Shown piece by piece: positions 56,595 through 64,000 of a DNA stretch of 64,000 nt; the first letter of the stretch is position 1; each line of letters opens with the position of its first letter. The position numbers and the translations under genes are program-made. Source of the DNA: Candidatus Omnitrophota bacterium (GTDB taxonomy: Bacteria > Omnitrophota > Gorgyraeia > Gygaellales > Profunditerraquicolaceae); contig JAHJJA010000149.1 of assembly GCA_018822885.1 (NCBI GenBank), positions 771 to 64,770 on the forward strand, read 5' to 3'. The notes under the pieces were generated by a model, which ran no database searches, was not told the DNA's origin, and was given only the letters and a program-made list of their open reading frames with translations.

Positions 56595-57530
56595 TTATGT
56601 TTTCGGCATAAACGCCTTATAAAAACCTAAGTGCCATGAGATGATCCCTTTCAAGGCAAGGCCTAAAGCAGTCAGTTTAAAATTAAAGTAAAATAATAAG
56701 GATATGAAACAAAGAAAAACGAGTATCCCAGTTAAAAACAGTTTATATATCAATAACCCCAGGATAAAAACTAAGACTAAGGGAATTATAATAGGCACGG
56801 CCTGGATCTTTCGAAAGATGCCATATTTCTTCACCAGAAACCCCTGCGCCCAGCCATATCTGTCCATCATTCTTAAGAAAGATGCTGTATCTTGCGGTTT
56901 ATAGTGGTAGACTAGAGCCTTTGGGTTAAAGACTATCCTGTATCCTCTTTTCTTCAGGCGAAAATCAAACTCCACATCTTCTCCCGGCCACAATTCCTCC
57001 AAAAAACCCCCCTCTTGCCGAAACGCCTCCTTTTTATACATCACATTGCATGTAGGATTGTGGTCTACGGATAATATCCCCTCTCCGGATTTACGTAAAT
57101 AATCAGAGATAAACCCGATTTTTTTCATCGCCAGGTATACCTTCTTTCCAAAATCAGTTTCATCGGCAGGGACATCCTGCGAGCCTCCGCAAGAAATGAC
57201 GCCATCCAGGGCAAATCCAGCCAGCAACTCTTTGAGCCAGTTCTTATCCACGATACAATCTGCGTCGGTAAAAGCAAAAAACTCTCCCCTCGCCTTGAAT
57301 ACCCCGACATTTCTTGAAAATGATGGCCCCCTAGCAACAGGATTAGTGATTATATTTATTTTTGGAAGATATTTACTTAAAATAACCGGAGTCTCATCTT
57401 GAGAAAAATCATCAATGATTATTATTTCATAATTATCGTAGTCTAAGACCAGCAAAGAATCCAGACACCTGGCTAGTGTCTTCTCTGCATTCTTGGCGGG
57501 GATAATAATACTTACCAGAGGATTACTCAT
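56595..57530 (-). CDS. Glycosyltransferase family 2 with C-terminal TM helices.
   Basis: VSIIIPAKNAEK ... DDFSQD ... DAD motifs, plus a hydrophobic C-terminal 60 aa. Confidence 0.75.
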   Translation of the reverse strand: MSNPLVSIIIPAKNAEKTLARCLDSLLVLDYDNYEIIIIDDFSQDETPVILSKYLPKINIITNPVARGPSFSRNVGVFKARGEFFAFTDADCIVDKNWLKELLAGFALDGVISCGGSQDVPADETDFGKKVYLAMKKIGFISDYLRKSGEGILSVDHNPTCNVMYKKEAFRQEGGFLEELWPGEDVEFDFRLKKRGYRIVFNPKALVYHYKPQDTASFLRMMDRYGWAQGFLVKKYGIFRKIQAVPIIIPLVLVFILGLLIYKLFLTGILVFLCFISLLFYFNFKLTALGLALKGIISWHLGFYKAFMPKT

Positions 57531-58960
57531 TTCTTAAGAAGGTATGATATAAAGTTAGACGCCCCTCTAATTTTGCGATAAAGATCTGACATAGAACGGG
57601 TACTAAACAGAAACTTCATCATGTAAGATGGCCTGAAATAAAATCTCTTAAGCCCAAGGTCCACAAAATAATTTATACGCTGCAAGGAAAGTCCCGGATA
57701 CTCTATAACCCCTGCCTGCTCTCCGGTATCAAGCCAATCGCTCCACTTCTCTGACTTTAACCAACCCTGATCTTTGCATAAATCAAAAAATCTTGTGCCC
57801 GGAAAAGGCACGGCACCTGAAAACTGCACCGTGGTCAATCCAAGACTTAAAGCAAAATCAATAGTTTCCTTTGCCGTTTCTTCAGTTTCACCGGGAAGGC
57901 CAAACACAAAACACCCATGCACCTCTAAGCCGGCCTCTCTTGCTAAACGCATAAACCTCCTGGACCCTTCTAAGGTAATATTCTTATTCATCTTGTTTAA
58001 GACATCCTGATTTCCTGACTCAAAACCAACGAGCAATTCCCTGCACCCGGATCCTTTCATTATCTTAAATAGCCCTATATCGGCAGTATCAACCCGCGCG
58101 TTGACAGAGAATGTTATTTTTAAATTCCTGCGCTTTATCTCTCTGCAGATCTCAATCGCCCTTTCTTTATCCACTGTAAAGGTATCATCCTCAAAGAAAA
58201 ACTCTCCGCCCTTTAAGACCTGCGGGCATAATTTAATATCATATTCGATCTCATCAACCACATTCTTCGGGCTTCTTAAACGGTAACGCATCCCATGCAT
58301 CACTTGAGGCCAAAGACAGAATATGCAGCGGTTAGGACAGCCCCTTCCTGAGATTATATCTATGTAGGGATAAAGCTTGCCTCCGTCAAAATACTTCATC
58401 AGGTCCAATTGATGCCAAGCCGGAAACGGCAATCCATCCAGATTCTCAATATAGGGCCTGGCGGCATTCACCATGATTTGTCCGTCCTTATAATAAGCGA
58501 TCCCCTTAACGCTGGCTAGATCATTAAAATTTTCTACCGCGTCTCTTACGGAGTAATCGTATTCTCCGATACAGGCGATATCCACCGCGCCTTTTGCCAA
58601 AATCAAGGTCTCTTCGGGCAAGCTAGAAACGTGCGGGCCGACCATGATGACTTTAGCCCCGGATTCTTCTTTGACTATTCTAGCGCATTCAATATCAGAA
58701 TAAATCGAAGGCGTAGTAGAATCTAAAACCACAAAATCCGGATTTTCTTTCCTGATAATAAGGCGCAGGTCATCTTTGGTCTGCCCCTTAGCAACCATAT
58801 CTAAAAGGATGGCTTTGTGGCCTGCCTTTTCCAATACCGTAGCAGAATAAGCCAGCCAATCAGGAGCACGCAAAACCCTTCCGCGGGTGCGCGCGGCCCA
58901 TCTCTGCGTCCGGCAGAAATCTTTGACAAAAGGCTCATTAATCAATAATATCTTAGGCAT
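57527..58960 (-). CDS. B12-binding-domain radical SAM enzyme (class B radical SAM, methyltransferase-like).
   Basis: N-terminal B12-binding-like region, CPNRCIFC (CX3CX2C). 477 aa. Confidence 0.75.
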   Translation of the reverse strand: MPKILLINEPFVKDFCRTQRWAARTRGRVLRAPDWLAYSATVLEKAGHKAILLDMVAKGQTKDDLRLIIRKENPDFVVLDSTTPSIYSDIECARIVKEESGAKVIMVGPHVSSLPEETLILAKGAVDIACIGEYDYSVRDAVENFNDLASVKGIAYYKDGQIMVNAARPYIENLDGLPFPAWHQLDLMKYFDGGKLYPYIDIISGRGCPNRCIFCLWPQVMHGMRYRLRSPKNVVDEIEYDIKLCPQVLKGGEFFFEDDTFTVDKERAIEICREIKRRNLKITFSVNARVDTADIGLFKIMKGSGCRELLVGFESGNQDVLNKMNKNITLEGSRRFMRLAREAGLEVHGCFVFGLPGETEETAKETIDFALSLGLTTVQFSGAVPFPGTRFFDLCKDQGWLKSEKWSDWLDTGEQAGVIEYPGLSLQRINYFVDLGLKRFYFRPSYMMKFLFSTRSMSDLYRKIRGASNFISYLLKK

Positions 58961-58974
58961 TATTCCTTCACGGG

Positions 58975-59643
58975 CTATATTTTGCTTGCGACAATAAGCA
59001 TCTGCCTTCCCATTATCTTCCAGATAAAAGGAAACCTTAAATACATCCGCACCGCAAAATCATTTTTGGGGATCCTGCTTTTAGTGGTAAAGGGGAGGAA
59101 TTTGGGAATGGCGCGTTCGATTTTAAAACCGATGGCCTGCAACAGCTCGGCCAAAGCCTTATGGCTTAAAGGAATAAAATGATCAAAAAAATCCCAGTAT
59201 TCCTTATAGACATACCTGATGTTGGGCCCCATAAGGATTATACGCCCCTTTGGTTTCAAAACACGCAAAGCCTCCAGAAGCGTCTTTACAACCTCTTTTT
59301 TATCCAAGAGGTGCTCTGAGAAATTACTCATAAAGACAGCGTCTACGGAGCCGTCTTTTAAAAAGTTGAGGTCGCAGGCATGGCTGTTAAATAACTTTAC
59401 ATCGGGATCAAAGAATTGCCGTGATTCTTCATTAAGTTCAACGGCAAACTTCTGGCGGCACTTAATATGATTGATAAATTCCCCGTAACCGGCTCCCACA
59501 TCAAGAACAACATCATCTTTACCGATGAACTGTTGAAAAAAATCTTGGCAAAATATTTCCCAAAGATGGTTCCTTACCGCAAGTTCATCTTTATTAAAAC
59601 GGACCTGATAGAGCTTTCCTAGAATATTGTCAAATGTATCCAT
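58975..59643 (-). CDS. Class I SAM-dependent methyltransferase.
   Basis: VLDVGAGYGEF motif I. 222 aa. Confidence 0.65.
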   Translation of the reverse strand: MDTFDNILGKLYQVRFNKDELAVRNHLWEIFCQDFFQQFIGKDDVVLDVGAGYGEFINHIKCRQKFAVELNEESRQFFDPDVKLFNSHACDLNFLKDGSVDAVFMSNFSEHLLDKKEVVKTLLEALRVLKPKGRIILMGPNIRYVYKEYWDFFDHFIPLSHKALAELLQAIGFKIERAIPKFLPFTTKSRIPKNDFAVRMYLRFPFIWKIMGRQMLIVASKI

Positions 59644-59659
59644 GTCGGTTCCTTAAGGA

Positions 59660-60820
59660 TCATTTTTTCTCTAGAAATAAGAGGCTGACAAAAAATGATG
59701 AAAAAATAGTCTGTATTCCGATAACCAATAAAGTTGTCGCCAATATCGCTTCCCTTATCCTGTATAGCGCGCCAAAACCGCTTGAAAACCAGTCGATGAA
59801 TATAAAGGTGATGATGATCAGAGACATCAACACCAATAAGCCTCCTAAGCCCAAGCCCCTCTCAAGGCTGAAATGGCGCTGAAAGAACAGAGTCGTCTGG
59901 TCATATTTCAGGAACCCCTGTCTTATGGCAAAACTATGGGCAAAAACTCCCAGGCCTAAGACCTGATAAGATAATATGCTTATGGCGCTGGCGAAGGTCA
60001 TTAAATGCACATCCCAGCGATGACCAAAAAATAAAAACGGCCCCTTTAATAAAAGAAGCATCACCCCGAAACCAAGAATAAAGCCGACTAGCCCGGGAAT
60101 AAAATACAGCCAAAGCGGACAATATAGCAGCATAAATCTCATGTGACGCCAGGCGTCAAAAAAAGGATTTAATTTAGACTCTCCTTTGCGCGGATGATAA
60201 TGGATGGGAATCTCGCAAGTCTTTAAATCATTCTGCAGAGCAGCCACGACCATCTCGGTAGCAAACTCCATCCCTATTGTCCTTAATTTCATTTTTTGAT
60301 AAGCCTCGAGGCTGAATCCCCGCATACCGCAATGAATATCAGAAAGTTTGGTGCGGAAAAATACCCTTGTCATGCCGGAAAGTATGGGATTGCCTATGTA
60401 GCGGTTCATCCAGGGCATGGCCTTCTTTTGGATCTTTCCCTTAAACCTAGAGCCCATGACAAAATCATTGCCCTCTCTTAAGGCTTTTAAGAATTTCGGA
60501 ATATCATAAAAGTCATAAGTCAGGTCGCTATCAGCCATGACTACGTATTTTCCGGACACCTCTCTGAAACCACGCAGATAAGCTGAACCGTAGCCGCGTT
60601 TATGCTCTATTACGACCTTAGCTCCTTCATTTTTAGCTATTTCTATTGAGCGGTCAGTCGAGCCGTTATCAGCTACGATTATCTCTCCCCTGATCCCCTC
60701 TTTAGCAAAAACTTCTTTTACTCTCTTAACACAGACCCCTATCGCCTCCTCCTCATTCAAGCAAGGCAGGACTACCGACAACTCGATCAAGCTACCCCCT
60801 GTTTCCATGACTACTCCCAT
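59660..60820 (-). CDS. GT2 polyprenol-phosphate glycosyltransferase (Dol-P-Man/Glc-synthase-like) with a C-terminal 4-TM domain. Possibly starts at Met5, 60808.
   Basis: LSVVLPCLNEEE ... ADNGSTD ... DSD motifs and a C-terminal hydrophobic domain. 386 aa. Confidence 0.7.
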   Translation of the reverse strand: MGVVMETGGSLIELSVVLPCLNEEEAIGVCVKRVKEVFAKEGIRGEIIVADNGSTDRSIEIAKNEGAKVVIEHKRGYGSAYLRGFREVSGKYVVMADSDLTYDFYDIPKFLKALREGNDFVMGSRFKGKIQKKAMPWMNRYIGNPILSGMTRVFFRTKLSDIHCGMRGFSLEAYQKMKLRTIGMEFATEMVVAALQNDLKTCEIPIHYHPRKGESKLNPFFDAWRHMRFMLLYCPLWLYFIPGLVGFILGFGVMLLLLKGPFLFFGHRWDVHLMTFASAISILSYQVLGLGVFAHSFAIRQGFLKYDQTTLFFQRHFSLERGLGLGGLLVLMSLIIITFIFIDWFSSGFGALYRIREAILATTLLVIGIQTIFSSFFVSLLFLEKK

Positions 60821-63387
60821 AAGATCCGATAAACCTTAATGTAATCCTCTTCATCATTCTCGGTTATAAATGGCTTAAAATGCTTTAGGCCCTCGCCATT
60901 CAGGAAATACAGCCGCACATACAAACTCTCGGCCAACTCCGGGTCAAGTAAAATCGCCTGCAATTTATTATCTTTTCGGAATATCAGAACAGAAAAGTCT
61001 AAATCACTTTTCTCATAAACAAACTCCTTCATCTTGCCGTCCTCAAAAAGAAAAAGGCTCTTAGGCACTTTATATTTCTTGTCATGACAGGAGTATTGAT
61101 TTACTGTCTGCTGTTTAGGATTATAGACTAACCCTCCCTCAAAAAGGAGTACTTCTTCATTTTTCTCTTCTGTATGCAGCCTACCCCAGAATGAGAGCCT
61201 CTTTGAGACTATCTTATCAAGATTCTTCTTTGAAAGAATAGACGCCTCTCTTAAAAATCCTTCCGCCTCCTCTTTATTCTGGCCGTTAGAAACAAGATAA
61301 TTGATCATTGAGCTGCTATCAATTTTGCCTAGATTCCTAGTGATATAAACCTTGGCGAAATCCCAGTTTCCTATATAAGAAATAGCGCCCATTATATTCT
61401 GCATGGATGTGTAAACAATAAAATAAGCTTGCTCCTTAGGCATGTCAAACATCAAACCCTCGACTTTTATCGCCTCATCGAGAGGAAGATACTTTGACAG
61501 CAGCGTTTGCGCCTCTTTTGGATCAGAAGAAATAAGCCTTTTGATAATCAAGATCGAAAGGAACGGATCCTTTATCCTACCATTAATAATATTAAAAGCG
61601 CTGTTGGCGCCGTTATTTAACATCTTAAGGATCTTTATTGCTTCCTCTTCGTTGTGGCTGATTAGCACCTTAGCCATCCAATAAGCCTGCGGCGTGTTCT
61701 GACTCTGGCCGTCAAAGATTACCCGGCGATTACCAACAGTTTTAAACCAATCCCCCAGATCCCACCAGGAATTTACAATTGCATCGTTAGGCGTGTTTTT
61801 CTTTATATTAGTCAAAACGTTATACCAGGAATCAGTCATATAAGGATAAAGGCCTTTCGCGGAATCATAAGCGTTATTGACAAATACCGCGCCAAGCAGT
61901 ATTGCCCCTAATGCGACAATATAAGCCAAGACCTTTCTTCCGTTTTGCTCGAGTAAAAGTAAAAGTTCGCTGATTCCCCCCCCTAAAAATATCCCTAAAG
62001 GCACAAGTAAGAATACAGCGAAACGTATTCCGCTAAAACAGGCAAAGAACATCGCCGCGAACCAGAAAAAGAAAAGGACCAATGCTTCATATTTACTGCC
62101 ATAAGTCTTTTTTATAAAAAAGTTCAGTAAAATTAAGATGATCAGACAAACCAAACAAATAACAAATAGATATATCCCGCCGGCATAAACAGCTATCTCG
62201 GCAAAGTCCGGCCTCCTTAATTCGTTTACCGTGGAAAAAACATTGGGCCAAATAGAATCGACCAAAGGCTTAGTCAAAAGCAGGGCATTTGTTACTTGTG
62301 AGTACAATATAATGAAGGGCTTTGTACCGCAGAAAAGCATAACCCAGCATAGCGAGAAAGCTATAAATAAAGGCAGAATCAGAGCATGCGCTTTAAAAGG
62401 CCTGCTGATGTCCTCCTTGTATTGCATCTTTATTGAAAGCAGATTAAGCATGGAAAAAACCGCGTAAGTTATCAGGATAATAAAAATAAACCACCAGTTT
62501 CCCCAGGTAAAAGCAAATAAACCTATCCAAAAAGAAGCCAGGCAAGTAAAGAATATCCTTCGTTTAAGATTATTCACGTTTAAGGCGGCCAAATACCCCC
62601 AAGCCGCCAATAACGGAAAGAGCAAATTCAAAACATCGGTATCAAACCAGCCTCCGCAGCTGCGGGAAATAAATATCGGGCATAAACCCACAAAAAGAGT
62701 CGACAGCAACGCGGCCACGCTGCCCCAATAAAAAAAACAGAATAAAAACAAAACGGTAAGAAAAATAATCACAAATAAAAGCGGAAGGTAAAACAGGAAG
62801 GTATTAAGGGCAACAGGCTTAAAAATGCAGAATGTTCTATATAAAAAAGCGGATAAATAATAAAGGAGGTTATTAGAAGGCAGATTTTTGCCCAGAGGAG
62901 CAAGCGCAAAAAGGTCGCGCTCTCTGCCGTCTTTTTGCTCGTCTCCGGGATGCCCGTACCTTAAAACATTTTCAACGTACCTTGCCCAATTCCAGCAATC
63001 AAGCTCCATTAAGTAGGACTGGCCGCTTGCGTCCTGATATTTACTCTTTAGCCTGCTAAACTCTTCTTTGACCTTGGCCTTGATCTCATGACTTTTTTCT
63101 TTTTTTACCTCTGCTGTGCGCAATTCAACAAACTTATCCTTGGCAGGCGCGCTTAGTTTACCGGGTAGTTTATCAAACTCATCATCAACCTGTTTAGCTA
63201 TCTCCTTCTCAATGTTTGCTTTTGCCAAAGGCTTAAGCTGCCATAGATAAGCGGGAAAAAGCCTAAAATACAGATTTAAAAATATAACTAGAATTAAGGC
63301 AAATATCGGTAAAACTAATTTAGCTGTCTTATTAGGCATAATAGCATGATTATACCCGCACCTTTTACTTGGCCTTGGATTTTCCAA
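60811..63387 (-). CDS. STT3/AglB/PglB-family oligosaccharyltransferase-like membrane protein (putative).
   Basis: A polytopic N-terminal half of about 500 aa is followed by SWWDLGDW (compare the STT3 WWDYG motif) and a soluble C-terminal domain of about 300 aa. The first-loop motif ELDCWNWARY resembles the eukaryotic STT3 EFDPYFNYR motif. Confidence 0.55.
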   Translation of the reverse strand: MENPRPSKRCGYNHAIMPNKTAKLVLPIFALILVIFLNLYFRLFPAYLWQLKPLAKANIEKEIAKQVDDEFDKLPGKLSAPAKDKFVELRTAEVKKEKSHEIKAKVKEEFSRLKSKYQDASGQSYLMELDCWNWARYVENVLRYGHPGDEQKDGRERDLFALAPLGKNLPSNNLLYYLSAFLYRTFCIFKPVALNTFLFYLPLLFVIIFLTVLFLFCFFYWGSVAALLSTLFVGLCPIFISRSCGGWFDTDVLNLLFPLLAAWGYLAALNVNNLKRRIFFTCLASFWIGLFAFTWGNWWFIFIILITYAVFSMLNLLSIKMQYKEDISRPFKAHALILPLFIAFSLCWVMLFCGTKPFIILYSQVTNALLLTKPLVDSIWPNVFSTVNELRRPDFAEIAVYAGGIYLFVICLVCLIILILLNFFIKKTYGSKYEALVLFFFWFAAMFFACFSGIRFAVFLLVPLGIFLGGGISELLLLLEQNGRKVLAYIVALGAILLGAVFVNNAYDSAKGLYPYMTDSWYNVLTNIKKNTPNDAIVNSWWDLGDWFKTVGNRRVIFDGQSQNTPQAYWMAKVLISHNEEEAIKILKMLNNGANSAFNIINGRIKDPFLSILIIKRLISSDPKEAQTLLSKYLPLDEAIKVEGLMFDMPKEQAYFIVYTSMQNIMGAISYIGNWDFAKVYITRNLGKIDSSSMINYLVSNGQNKEEAEGFLREASILSKKNLDKIVSKRLSFWGRLHTEEKNEEVLLFEGGLVYNPKQQTVNQYSCHDKKYKVPKSLFLFEDGKMKEFVYEKSDLDFSVLIFRKDNKLQAILLDPELAESLYVRLYFLNGEGLKHFKPFITENDEEDYIKVYRILWE

Positions 63388-63436
63388 AAGCCAAATAAAA
63401 GGTACGGGGCTAGCCGCAAGTGAATACGGCTATTGT

Positions 63437-63679
63437 TTATCTCTTCTTCTTTTTCTTGCCGCCTCTTTTCATCTTGGCGCAGGAAACATCCCCTGCCTTA
63501 TCCAAGAAATAAAGGTAACCTTCTTTTCTCTTGATACCGCACTTGGCTACCTTTTTCGGATTACCGCCTTTTTTGTTGCCTCTTGCCATCTTTGCGCAAG
63601 AAACATCACCCTGCTTGTCAATATAATAGAGGTAACCCTTTTCTCTTTTTACGCCCAGCTTTACGATTTTTTCCGCCAT
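63437..63679 (-). CDS. Small, highly basic protein made of two tandem repeats of about 38 aa each.
   Basis: KLGVKREKGYLYYIDKQGDVSCAKMARGNKKGG and KCGIKRKEGYLYFLDKAGDVSCAKMKRGGKKKKKR. Confidence 0.45.
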   Translation of the reverse strand: MAEKIVKLGVKREKGYLYYIDKQGDVSCAKMARGNKKGGNPKKVAKCGIKRKEGYLYFLDKAGDVSCAKMKRGGKKKKKR

Positions 63680-63717
63680 TGTCTAATTCACCCCCCTTCT
63701 ATTTGTTATATTTTTAG

Positions 63718-64000
63718 TTAAGAGCCCACCTTTACCGGCTCCAGAATCCGTTTTAATACCGCGATCGCCGAGAGCACAGCCAGAAAACTTGTCTTCGGAT
63801 TATCAGGATGCAGTGTATTCTCGGTACGAGTCGATATATTTGCCGCTTCTGATTCAATTGATACCTCATGGATATTCCTTTTTGCGGATAAAGAAGCTAT
63901 GATCCTGACAAACGTCTTGTCCTGCCCTACTCCGGCCAGACTCAAGACTGCCGCTACATTAATATTTTGGGGAAAATATTTGACCGCGTCTTTTGCCTTT
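63718..64000 (-). CDS. C-terminal part of a gene that runs off the window end. Unknown function.
   Basis: The reading frame stays open to position 64000 upstream of the track's TTG-initiated 75-aa ORF (...KAKDAVKYFPQNINVAAV-LSLAGVGQDK...). Confidence 0.4.
   Translation of the reverse strand, partial: KAKDAVKYFPQNINVAAVLSLAGVGQDKTFVRIIASLSAKRNIHEVSIESEAANISTRTENTLHPDNPKTSFLAVLSAIAVLKRILEPVKVGS

Noticed and set aside
1-64000. Searched for rRNA, tRNA, transposase, integrase or recombinase, toxin-antitoxin and restriction-modification signatures.
   Set aside because: No cloverleaf-compatible intergenic segments were found (no GTTC-R-ANYC T-loop boxes). No DDE/HTH transposase-like or tyrosine/serine recombinase-like translations were found. 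The inverted-repeat-flanked segment therefore cannot be called a mobile element on present evidence.

Overview
This is a dense window of about 75 supported genes. Apart from two adjacent plus-strand genes, every gene is on the minus strand. It looks like a Gram-negative, probably anaerobic, uncultivated-type bacterium: it has an outer-membrane barrel, an ExbBD/Tol-like module, ferredoxin-type EtfAB with an acyl-CoA dehydrogenase, a GH57 enzyme, and archaeal-type short LeuC/LeuD.

Housekeeping blocks are rpmF-yceD-coaD-rsmD, plsX-fabH-fabD-fabG-acpP-fabF, leuC-leuD-leuB-asd-truA, pgk-tpiA-secG, uvrA, recG, pgi and a dusB-like gene.

Four less ordinary systems are present:
1. A glycogen-related operon (GH57 enzyme, membrane-anchored beta-sandwich-like protein, ParA/MinD ATPase fused to a CBM48 glycogen-binding domain) lies about 5 kb from glgC.
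2. A second type II KS / Cys-less KS-like / KR / ACP / FabZ module has no enoyl reductase.
3. A gene for an N/D/Y/S-rich secreted repeat protein is bracketed by inverted copies of a 48-bp double-palindrome element. This element belongs to a short dispersed palindromic repeat family.
4. A roughly 13 kb glycan-assembly locus (four GT2, one GT4, two SAM methyltransferases, two radical SAM enzymes of which one is B12-binding and one SPASM-like, and a Wzx-like flippase) ends with a polyprenol-phosphate GT2 next to an STT3/AglB/PglB-like oligosaccharyltransferase.

Other features are a 173-bp tandem-repeat spacer between leuC and leuD, several hairpin and alternative-structure leaders, and an operon for a lysine-rich histone-like protein, a Rho_N-like protein and a zinc-ribbon protein. 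No rRNA, tRNA, CRISPR array, transposase or integrase was recognisable.

All calls are based on reading the translations and sequence by eye. No database search was run.
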